Under the pieces are notes generated by a model. The model made no database searches and was not told the DNA's origin. It saw nothing but the letters and a program-made list of their open reading frames with translations. From positions 39,370,001 through 39,434,000 of the forward strand of contig OX597823.1 of assembly GCA_951406725.2 (NCBI GenBank): 64,000 nucleotides of DNA. Reading direction: 5' to 3'. Of the stretch, positions 53,221-64,000 are shown in pieces; positions within the stretch are counted from its first letter, which is position 1; the number at the start of each line of letters is the position of its first letter. Made by a program: the position numbers and the translations under genes. This DNA is from Octopus vulgaris (lineage: Eukaryota).

Positions 53221-53377
53221 CGTGCATACGTGCGCGTGTGACATTCACTTACAAATTTCTATCTTTAGATGTTCATTGTCCTTTGCTTATGAGAAACCAG
53301 TTTGACATCATCGTAGTTGATGGCAAAGGGATGCAATTATTTACAGTAAGTTCTTCAAACCAAACACAACGGAAAGG

Positions 53378-53495
<118 letters not shown>

Positions 53496-53614
53496 AACAA
53501 GTTTTAAAAAAGTAAAGGACAAAAGAAGCAGCATCTATTTGCGATGGATGCGAGAATGTAATTTGAGTCCAGGTATGGATTATGCTATGAAATCACAATG
53601 GCGACACTGAATAA

Positions 53615-53805
53615 TCCTTTCTACAATAGGCACAAAGCCTGGAATTTTTTTGGGGGGTGGGGGGGGATAAGCAGCTTAGTACATGAGTACTCAACTGGTA
53701 CTTATTTTATCGACCCCGAAGGGATGAAAGGCAAAGTCGACTTCCGCGGAATTTGAAATCAGAACGTGAAGACAGACGAAATGCCGCTAAGCATTTCGCC
53801 CGCCT
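53615..53805 (-). mobile_element. SINE family C
   Basis: Meta-type domain. Confidence 0.82.
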
Positions 53806-53815
53806 TAGGCGACAT

Positions 53816-53876
<61 letters not shown>

Positions 53877-54479
53877 ATTCCCTGATGCAATACCAAGCAG
53901 TAGCTCTCATGGCTTCTGATCTTAACTGGCTGGAAGTGTTAACGTGTACATGTGTTGTTTTGGTGTAAAAGATGGGCTACAAATATTCTGCACAGTACTT
54001 GCTTGATCTGAAGCAGTTGAGCATGTCCGTTAGTGGCTGACAATATGATTATCTCTGATCACGAAGAGGAGTAGTGAGGAACCATCATAGCCATATGCTG
54101 AGAGGAATCCTTTACAGTTTGAATAATTCACCTCTAGAAACATGGGTGTTTCGTTCATCATTACTAAACAACCCTTATTCAGAAATCTCTTGACTGGGAT
54201 GGGCTACTGGACCTGAAAAAGATTCTAACTGGACCGCACCTGCAAGGTCATGCGTTGTTTATCATGATGGGTATACTGGGCTTCGTATATTTGTACCTCA
54301 ACATCACTTTGATGTTGTGTGCAGCTCTCTGACTCAACAACAACAACAACAACAAACACAATAATAATAACCATTACCGCCATCACTACCCACACCATCA
54401 TTGTTTATTGTCAAAAAATGAGAGTTACCGGATCTTGTGAGGCTTCACTGGTTGTAAAGTATTTTCAGATTCAACAATA

Positions 54480-54926
54480 GTTTCAAATTTTGGGACAAGG
54501 CCAGTAAATTTGAAGCGAGGAGGATAATCAACTCCATTGATCTCGGTGCTCGCTAGTACCTTAATCTTATCGATCTCGAAAGGGTGAAAGCAAAATCTAC
54601 TTCCGCGGAATTTGAACTCGAAATGTAAAGGACCGGAAGATATGTCGCAAAGCATTTTGTCCGGTGTGCTAAAGATTCTGTCAGCTCACCGCCTTATTTC
54701 AGTTCAATAATTCTTTCTATTATAGGCAGAAGGTCTGAAATTTTAGGAGAAGAGGAAAAATCAATTATATTGATTCTAGTGCTCAACTGGTACTTCATTT
54801 TATCGATCTCGAAAGGATAAAAGGCAAAGTCGACCACGGCGGAACTTGTACTCAGATCGTGAAGACGGTTAAAATGGTTCTAAGTATTTTGTCCGGCGTG
54901 GTAACGATTCTGCCAGTTCACCACCT
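54480..54926 (-). mobile_element. Two tandem SINE family C copies (54480-54694, 54710-54926)
   Basis: Each has the Meta-type domain and a head ending CAG(C/T)TCACC(G/A)CC. Confidence 0.82.
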
Positions 54927-56077
54927 CAATTTCAGATGTAATAATACAAACTTGGAACCGTTATATTATGGAAAGAAATAGCTTAGACTAACAGGTATTT
55001 CAGAGTAGAAGATTGATCACGGTAGGACATCCTATGACAACATGGCGAGCAACTGGTCAGTAGACCATCGGTCAATATATCTTGTGTCATTTGTTCCGGT
55101 CGAGGTCGATAAAATAAAGTACCAATGCAGAACAATGGCGTGAACCAGTGGATCGTTAGAGCTTCAGGCAAAATGCTAGCTCTTTGTACCCTGAGTACCT
55201 GGGTAGTAGACTTAACCTATCAAACTATTAACCATCACCACCACCACCACCTCCATCACCACCACCACCTCCATCACCACCACCACCACCTTCAGCACCA
55301 CCACGAATCCAATATGTTGCAAAAATTTGGGCAAGGTCTCCTATCATCAGTCTCAATGGTAATGAAAAGAAAAAAAGAAAAAAGACGGGCGATGGGTCCT
55401 GTCCCCTCTTTCCTTCACTAAACAGTGCCCCCAGCAAAAGAACCCTCTATCCTATGGTGCAGTTCGTTAGCTTGTCGTTAGTTATTTTGGATTTACTCGA
55501 TCAGGGCTGGTTTAGAGCTGAACTACAATTAAACAATGCAACGTCGCATGGAAATATAAAAAAGAAAAATCAGTTGCTATACTGTAGCTGAAGCAATAAC
55601 AACTATAAGTTTATAGCTGAAGATGTATTATTAAAGCTGAAATACACTGCTTGCTCAGTAGCTGAACTACGAGAAGTAAATCACGTTAAGAGCATTTTTT
55701 AAAAACTAGTCATCAGTACTTTAAATATGTAGTCGGCCACCTTTGACTTGTTCAAACAACGTAATGAAGCTGCAATGCAAATAAAGAAACGGCTTTACAT
55801 AAAGAACAGCTTGGAAGGACGTAGGCACAAACAAATACAAGCATGCTTATAGGGACATTCTTTTACAAAGAAAAGCATAGAGAGATACACGCATGCGCAC
55901 ACACTCAGTGAGTGAATGAAGCGCAGACACCAGCATTCATTCGCGTAACTGGGCCGCGAGACAGCGAAAATAAGAAAGTTGTATTTCTAAAAAGTGTGAG
56001 AAAACCAAACAAGTTATAATTATATTTTACATTTAAATGTTAATTTAAGGCTATTATTTTCAGGTACTCTGGCAGAA

Positions 56078-56265
56078 TCTTTAGCACATCCGACAAAACG
56101 ATTAGTGGCATATCTGCTGACTCTATTCTTTCTGACTTCAGATTCTACCAAGGTAGACTCACCCTTTCAGGAACGATGAAATAAAGTAGTAGTTGCGCAC
56201 TGGGAAGCGGTGTGATTTATTCCCCCACCTAAAATTGCTGGCCTTCTGCGAAAATTTAAAACCGT
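56078..56265 (+). mobile_element. Old SINE family C copy
   Basis: CTGGCAGAATC..TTAGCAC..TTCAGATTC..GATGAAATAAAGTA. Confidence 0.6.
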
Positions 56266-56398
56266 TATATTAAAGCAAGTTTAAGGAAAGCATCGGGGAC
56301 TCACTGATGGGGAAACTCAATACTAAAAGTAAACTCAAATTTATTATAAAATTGGTTTTAACTGGGACTTTAAGTTCCGTTCAATAGCTTATTCATCC

Positions 56399-56438
<40 letters not shown>

Positions 56439-56734
56439 TTATTTCATTTGACCAGACAGAAGATAGATTTTTCTAATTAAGCGGATTTCTACTGATTGAA
56501 CGCTCACAGTACATTATTGATATTGATTTTATCGATTCTGGTGAAGCAAAAGAATAAAGTGGGTTCTACTGGGATTTAAAACCAAAAGACTGAGGTGCTA
56601 GATTTTGGGTGAAATATATACCGCATTAAGAATATTGACTTCTCTTTGGGGTACATTCAATGACAAAAATAAAATAAAGCAGAATAATGGACAGGACAGT
56701 TTGGTAGTGATACTCTCTGTCTCTCTCTCTTTAC

Positions 56735-56810
<76 letters not shown>

Positions 56811-57783
56811 GTGTGTGTATGTGTACTGGATGAATAAGCCGTCAGGTGAAACTTTAATCATTTATTAAATAAAAATGTGAGTACTTGATAATTTTTTTGT
56901 GCTCAAAGGTGTTCCAGCTATGAACATCCCATTGATTTGTATACTTTTATCTATCTCTTATATCATCCAAAGCGTTCTTCCTTGATTCGACTGATATTTC
57001 TAGCAGGCCAACAGAACCACATAGAGACTCTCTCGTTATCTTATATACAAGGAATTAGATATATACCAAACTAGCATGGTAAAGAGTTTACCACGTTCTC
57101 GATAAGTACCTTCAAAGTTTATTATTAAAAATTATAAAAAAATTAATTATTAAAATTTAACCATCACCCAAGTACCCTCTCTGGGTCCAGGGGTCGGCTC
57201 TGTTTTGTGTTAAGTGCATATAATCCCTCTGTGTTGTGTTGTGTTGACTGCATACTATCAGCCAGGCTCTTGTTTCTAGTCCATTCTTTGCCTTTGACAA
57301 CCTCTTGCTCTTTTCCCCTCAATACATCCTGTCAAGATAGTTTTGGCTAACAAACTTTAGTGCATTGTAAGTCCACAATATGATATCATTGTGGATTTGA
57401 TTCGCAACAATATGTATCTTTGCACTTTCAGATTTTCTTGTATTACAGTGTTTGTTACTCAGTCTTCCCAGCTTGTTCTGCTCAGTCTAATAAAGATCTG
57501 CGTCACAAAGGAGAAAAAACATTAAAAAAAAATAAGCTCCTCTTTATCTCAAATTATAAACACCCCATACATAATTGCTGGTTTGTTTTCAGCAAAATTT
57601 TAGTTTTCAAAATCTCAAATTATAGCTTTCTGTCTACACACACAAACACACGCACACACACACATACACACACACACACACACACATACACACACACATA
57701 GGCACACATTCATACACATATTTAGAGAAAGAGAAGAGATGAAAGAGGGATGAGAGAAGGAAGAAATAGACAAAGAGAAGAGG

Positions 57784-57835
<52 letters not shown>

Positions 57836-58403
57836 AAGAGAGAGAAAGAGAGAGAGAGGGGGGGGGGGATGGACGAATTCTTGCCGGAATTTTCAACAAC
57901 CGAAATATATTTCAGGAATTTCTAATGAACAACAAATTCAGCGATGAAATCCTGCTCCCAAAACCGCGACGTCTTCATTTATAAACTGAAAAAATATTTC
58001 GTGATGTTATCCATTAATTATTGTTGCTGTTGCTGTTGTAGTCGCTGGTGCTGCCGTTGTTATTGTTGTTGTTGTTGCTGTAGTTTTAAGCTATCTTTTG
58101 CTCTCATTAATAGAGCAAGTAAACTCCTCAGCTGACGTGAATCTGCCAACATATGGCTTTGTTCAGCAACGTTTTTGCTGATAATCATGAAGACAGGTCG
58201 CTGATGGACCAATTACTTAATCAATATATGTAAGGGGGGTGCTTAAAGACAATTTCAAAAACGCCGAATACATTCTCCACTGATTGGTGAGTTGTTAACA
58301 CTCGTTCTTCCTTGCCTGACTTTACTGATATGGCATATTTTGGCAGCCATATTATGGAAACGGTGGACAATTACGTACACATTACCAAGACACACACACA
58401 CAG

Positions 58404-58461
<58 letters not shown>

Positions 58462-59130
58462 GCACACACACAGACGCACGTACACACACACACAAATAGA
58501 CACACATACACACACACACGCACGCACACTCACACACCAGCGCTCACACACACACACACACACACACCGTATATACAGAAGTACATAAACATGATACGTG
58601 TGTAAACAAAGTCGTAGACAAGTGTTTAAATATGACACGTATGTAAATACGATGGAAAACAAGCCCGCACACACATTCACATACAAACACACACACACAC
58701 ACTCACGCGCACACACATGCACACATACATACACACATACATACACACATACACAAACTCATACATACATCATATGAACACGTATCCACGCAAACAATAT
58801 GTGCGTTTATAGTGATGAGCATGTGTACATGCATGTACATGTGCGTATATATTCATATGTATATGTATAAGTAGTATATGTGTGTGTATGTATGTGTGCG
58901 TGTGTGTGTGCGTATGTATTTATGAATGTATGTATGTATGTATGTATGTATGTATGTATGTATGTATTTAAATTTGTATGTAAGTATAAATGTATGTAAA
59001 TATGTATGCATACATGCGTATATACATATATTTATATATACGCACCTGTGTATGTATGTGCGTGTATGTGTGTGTGTGTGTGTGTGTGTGCATTTATATT
59101 TATATATTTATATTTGTATACCTTTTATCT

Positions 59131-59667
59131 TTTATTAGTTTCAGTCATTTGACTGCGGCCATGCTGGAGCATCGCCTTGAAGGGTTTTTAGTCGAACAAA
59201 TCGACCCCGGGACTTATTTTTCATTTTTAAGCCACTACCTCTTCTGTCGGTCACTTTTTCCGAACCGTTAAGTTATGGGATGGAAACACACCAATACCGG
59301 TTGTCAAGCGGTGGAGGGGGATAAATACAGACACAAAGACACACATACACAGATATATACATGCATATATATGCATACACTACCGTCAGAAATTAATTAG
59401 CACCCTTGATTTGCTCTTCACTCAAGGTATGTGCTGTCACCTAGTGGCCATATCTCGAAAGCGCTTCGCAAGTGCTAATTAATTTCTGACGCAAGTGTAT
59501 ATACGACGGGATACTTTCGGTTTTTGTCTACCAAATCCATTCACAAGGCTTTGGTCGGTTTGTGGCTACAGTAGGAGACACTTGCCCAAGGTATCGCGCA
59601 GTGAGACTGAACCCAGAACTATGTGGCTGGGAAACAAACTACGTACCGTAACGCCACGCCTGAGCCT
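59131..59667 (-). mobile_element. SINE family A with a nested MITE
   Basis: Tail at 59131-59330, head at 59500-59667. Confidence 0.88.
59378..59497. mobile_element. 120-bp Tc1-type MITE
   Basis: CACT..CGTCAGAAATTAATTAGCAC / GTGCTAATTAATTTCTGACG..AGTG TIRs, TA TSD. Confidence 0.88.
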
Positions 59668-59721
59668 ACATGGTTCTTTTGTTCTTTTGTTTCTACCATG
59701 TATGTATTTATATGCATATGC

Positions 59722-59761
<40 letters not shown>

Positions 59762-59811
59762 TTTGTAGAAAACATAATTCCGGAGAAGCACACTTTGAGA
59801 TGTAGTGCAGT

Positions 59812-60012
59812 GTACATTTTAACGGGGGAGGCCGGTTTATAGGATTAGCCTGGGTTTCCCGACCATAAAGGGTTTAGCTTTATAGCATATCGTCAGAGCC
59901 CCAAATCTGTTGGTCAACAGGTTTTGGGCTCTGACGATACGCCATAAAATTAATCCCTTTGTGGACGAGAAGCCTAGGCTAATCCCATAAACCCGCTTCC
60001 CCCATTAATATA
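59812..60012. mobile_element. ~200-bp foldback (palindromic) MITE-like element
   Basis: Imperfect end-to-end palindrome centred at ~59912 (ATCGTCAGAGCCC..GGGCTCTGACGAT; GGATTAGCCT..AGGCTAATCC). Confidence 0.85.
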
Positions 60013-60940
60013 TATGTGTGTGTATGTATGTATGTATGTATGTATGTATGTATGTATGTATGTATGTATGTATGTATGTATGTACGCATGTTGGCGCATG
60101 TTATGTGTGTGTGTGCGTGTGTGTGAGCGTGTGTGTCCAGTATAACGGCTATCTTGGCCATAGAAGTGCTTTATAATTTGTAAGAGTCGTCTTCGATATT
60201 ATTATCTAGCTCTAAGTCAGCCCTAGTCAAGTAGACTTATGATCAAAAAACATTCTAACCCTGACCTTCCAGTTATACTCGACATCATTTATCTCAGGCT
60301 ACAATATCCAATATGTCATTCCTCAGTTTTTTTTTTAAATAAGGAGAAAGAGAGTGATTTTGCAAATCGCTCTGTTACTTCTTCAGGTATTGTCAGCAAA
60401 TAAATCGGTACATATGTCAGGTCAGTTTGAGTGGAATGAGAGTAAGATGTAGGTGTGCATGTGTGAATGTGTGAGAGAGAGAGAGAGAAAGAGAAGGACA
60501 GAGAGAAAAAGAGAGAGAGAGAGAAAGTGAGAAAGAGTGAGAGAGACGGGGAAGAGGAGTGAGTGATTGTAATAAAGGTTAGGAAAAAAGAGAATGAAGA
60601 AAGTGAGGAGGTGGCAAATGAGGCAAAGCATGTCAGAGGTGGCGACAATTATGTGAACGGTGGCGGGAAAGTAATCGAGTTGACGAGGAAAACGAGGAAC
60701 ATCTCAGAAATGGTTACAAATCTCTAAGGCTATTTCAGAGCAGACACACATATTCACAGACATGCGCTCATATATAAATACATGCATACATGCGTATGTA
60801 TGTTTCTCTCTCTCTCTCTGTATATATATAGTCAATTCAAAGAACAAACAATAAAAACAGGGGAAAATAGAGAAAAAGAACGTGAGGACGTGCACACGAA
60901 ATATATTGATTTTTAACGTTCGGTTAAAAAGAGAGAGTCG

Positions 60941-60972
60941 TTAACGTTTCGAGCATAACTCTTCGTCGGAAA
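60941..60972 (-). ncRNA. Minimal type I hammerhead variant (U4 to C)
   Basis: TTT-CCGACGA-A-GAGT tat GCTC-GAAA-CG-TT-AA; stem I weak. Confidence 0.55.
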
Positions 60973-61109
60973 GAGAGAAGGCCAAAAAGAAAGGAGGCAA
61001 AATAAGGGAAAATCGCTGACAATCTACTTGCGGTTTCATTTCTGAAGTGACCGGAAGTGAAAGAAAAAAGAGGAAGCGGTTTTTGTGACAAGAGAATGTG
61101 AAGATGGTC

Positions 61110-62180
61110 AGTATGTGTGTGTGGTAGCATGTGTGTGTGTGCGCGTGTGTGGTACGACCTGTCTGCATGTGTGTTAGTGTTGGTGTTGCTGTGAGAGGTG
61201 AATCGCAAGTCAGCTGCTGTAGTGAAAGTTGTGTGAATGGGTGGGTGTGGCTGTGTGTTGGCATGTGTGTGTAGACGGAGTGGGAATGTGTGTGCGTGAG
61301 TGTGTGAGTGTGTGTGAGCACATGCGTATGGATGCATGTTTGTGTCATTCTGTCTGTCTATTTCTCTCTCTGCATATATATATGTGTGTGTGTGTGTGGG
61401 GGGGGTATGTGTGGGTGTCTATGTGCATGTGAGTGTGTGTGGAAGTGTATGTACGTGTGTGTATATGCGTGCATGTGTGTGTGTGCGTTGTATGTTGTGT
61501 ATGTAGAAGGTTGTGTGTATGTATTGTGTGAGTGGAGGGTGGTGTGTGCGGAAGTTTATCTGCGTTCGTGGGTGTGTGCGTACGTGTGCGTGTGTGTGTG
61601 TGCATGCGTCTGCGTGTGTGTGTGTGTGCATGTGTGTGAGAGGGAGAAAGGGGTGAGGTTGAGTGTAGCCAAGGTTGTGGGTTTTATGTTTACGTACACA
61701 TGAGTATTGTGCGTGCGTTTGTGTGTGAGGGAGTTCGAATGTGTGTGTGCGTGCATGTGTGTGCGCACGGGTGTGTGTTGTGTGTGTACGTGTGAGTGTG
61801 TGTGTGTGTGCGTGCGGGTGTGTGGTGTGAGTGGTGTGTGTTGTGTGTGATAGGGTGTGAGTGTGGTGTGTGATAGTGTGTGACAGGTGTGTGTGTATGT
61901 GTGGTGTGTGATAGGGTGTGAAGGGTGGAATGGCAAGGGTGTGTGTACGTTGGTGTTGTTATTAATGTGTATGTGTTTGTGGGTGTGCTTATAAATATGT
62001 GTATGTGAGTGTGTGTATATGTATATGTGCATATGAGTGTGTGTGTGGCCTCTGTATGGATGTGGGTGTGGCTATGCATGGGTATGTGTATTAGTGTGTT
62101 TGGAGGTGTGTGTGTATGAGTATCGGTGAGTGCGTATGAAGGTGTACGTATGAGTGAGTGTGTGTGGGGTGGGGTGGAAA
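61110..62180. repeat. Degenerate (GT)-rich tract
   Basis: Direct reading. Confidence 0.9.
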
Positions 62181-62279
62181 GTAAATTAAAATACAAGTTA
62201 AAAAGTTAAAACACAAGAAAACAAAAGAATCTGAAAACTAAAAAAATAATAATAAAAAATAATAATTAATAAATATTAA

Positions 62280-62680
62280 GGCGCAGGAGTGGCTGTGTGG
62301 TAAGTAGCTTGCTTACGAACCACATGGTTCCGGGTTCAGTCCCACTACGTGGCATCTTGGGCAAGTGTCTTCTACTATAGCCTCGGGCCGACCAAAGCCT
62401 TGTGAGTGGATTTAGTAGGCAGAAACTGAAAGAAGCCCGTCGTATATATGTTTATATATGTTTGTGTGTCTGTGTTTGTTCCCCTAGCATTGCTTGACAA
62501 CCGATGCTGGTGTGTTTATGTCTCCGTCACTTAGCGGTTCGGCAAAAGAGACCAATAGAATAAGTACTAGGCTTACAAAGAATAAATCCTGGGGTCGATA
62601 TGCTCGACTAAAGGCGGTGCTCCAGGATGGCCGCAGTCAAATGACTGAAACAAGTAAAAGAGTAAAAAAGAGAGTAAGAA
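62280..62680 (+). mobile_element. SINE family A, full length
   Basis: Collinear with 22381-22792. Confidence 0.93.
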
Positions 62681-63654
62681 TTACAAAAAAACAACAAATG
62701 AAATAAAGATTATATAAATAAATCAGTAACAGAAAATAAATAAGAAATATAATAAAATAAAGAATGAAATAAAATAAAATATTTTTTAAAAGGTGTGTGG
62801 GAAAAGTTACTGAAAGGAGGGGGTTGTGTTGAGTCCAAAAGGAGTTCGAGTACGTAGAGTGAAAATGTAGTGATGTTCCAGGCGGAGTCTAGAGTTGGTG
62901 GGTCCATGGTGTAGGGTAAAGCCGAAACGGTGAACTCTGAGGCAGAGTGGCCGGCCAAGCGAAAATGATGTTCTTACGTAGACGAGCGTCTCGTAGGTAT
63001 TCAGTGAACCAGTCGGCTAACTGTCGGCTAACTGTCGGTCCGTCTGACCAACATAAAGTCTAATGCAAAGATTGTACCTGATGCAATAAATAAGGTTTGA
63101 AGAAGTGTAGGAGGAGTTCCTGATGTAGAAGGTGAGCTGGTTGGATCCAGTGAAGGGGTAGGGTGGAAAGGTGGAAAAGGAGGGGAAAGGGGGTGCAATT
63201 GGGAAGGGGAGAGGGCGATGGTGCGATCGATTTGACGAGCGCGGGTAAGAGCAGTTTGGACAAGAGTGGATGAGTATCCGCGAACCATAAACAAGAACGT
63301 TAGGTATTGGGACTAGGTCTCGAAATTCTGGTCCCGCTGCACAGGCGTCGGAAGCGCAGGAACTGGGAGTAGGGGATGGCCTGTTTGGTGTGGGAGGGTT
63401 GGGATGAAGTATAACTTTGGGGTCGGTCCGGAGAACTGTGAGAAAATTTGCACCTCAGCGGAAACGACAAATACATTGGCAAAATTGGGGCCCATTCTCG
63501 TTCCCAAAGCGACGCCAGAGATTGCTGGTAAATCTCTCCCGCGAACGTAAGGCAGTTGAGGATGGTGACGAGTTGTTCTGCTAGGCGGAGAAGGGTGGAG
63601 GTGCTGGATATGGGGTCAGAGCGACGGTCGAGGGAGTACATAAGTATATATATG

Positions 63655-63712
<58 letters not shown>

Positions 63713-63818
63713 GACACATATGTATATGCATACACATATATACATATATCTATGTACGTATGAATGTGTGTGTAGACATATACATACATATACATGCATA
63801 TATATACACATATATATA

Positions 63819-63879
<61 letters not shown>

Positions 63880-64000
63880 CTCTTTACTCTTTTACTTGTT
63901 TCAGTCATTTGACTGCGGCCATGCTGGAGCACCGCCTTTAGTCGAGCAAATCGACCCCAGAACTTATTCTTTGTAAGCTCAGTACTTATTCTATCGGTCT
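63880..64000 (-). mobile_element. SINE family A 3' end (runs off the window)
   Basis: TTTTACTTGTTTCAGTCATTTGACTGCGGCCATGCTGGAGCACCGCC. Confidence 0.9.

Larger units (their letters stand above)
60830..63636 (-). mobile_element. Penelope-like retroelement remnant (RT and GIY-YIG fragments, 3' repeat with hammerhead), interrupted by a SINE and a GT-rich tract
   Basis: GTRMGPNFANVFV; SHTKQAIPYSQFLRFRRLCS; RGYSS..RARQIDR; LYVGQTDRQL..HFRLAGHS at 62860-63636; continuity to 60830 is inferred. Confidence 0.8.

Noticed and set aside
54140-54170. Minus-strand ATGATGA-AC-GAAAC hammerhead-like string
   Set aside because: No stem II or stem I; C3 missing
57360-57400. GTGCATTGTA (miR-33-like 5' end) next to a short TCCACAAT/ATTGTGGA hairpin
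   Set aside because: Match stops after 10 nt and the stem is too short for a pre-miRNA

Overview
Eukaryotic, AT-rich, extremely microsatellite-dense DNA. The SINE and other repeat families look like those of Octopus (coleoid cephalopod); this is recognition from memory, not a database result. No confidently identifiable host protein-coding gene is present, and nearly all long ORFs in the track are translations of (AT)n/(ACAT)n/(AC)n/(GATA)n/(CAC)n/(AAT)n repeats. The non-microsatellite fraction is a transposon graveyard: three tRNA-derived SINE families, non-autonomous Helitrons, a decayed Tigger/pogo element, Tc1 and mariner fragments, several MITEs, and RTE, R4/Dong, Tx1/L1, CR1 and Penelope-like retroelement fragments. 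The most interesting signal is RNA structure. (1) A dispersed repeat family carries the hammerhead ribozyme core in a non-circularly permuted strand order, with compensatory base changes between copies (14985, 15667, 16083, 16451, 22940, 38307); two core-intact copies sit on opposite strands of a nested ~1.2-kb palindrome. (2) A canonical type I hammerhead lies inside a 431-bp, 1.2-mer repeat that resembles a retrozyme (21225-21739). (3) Further minimal or degenerate Penelope-type hammerheads occur. A speculative 3-exon small ORF at 1314-6202 is also noted. Repeat boundaries are read by eye and approximate.
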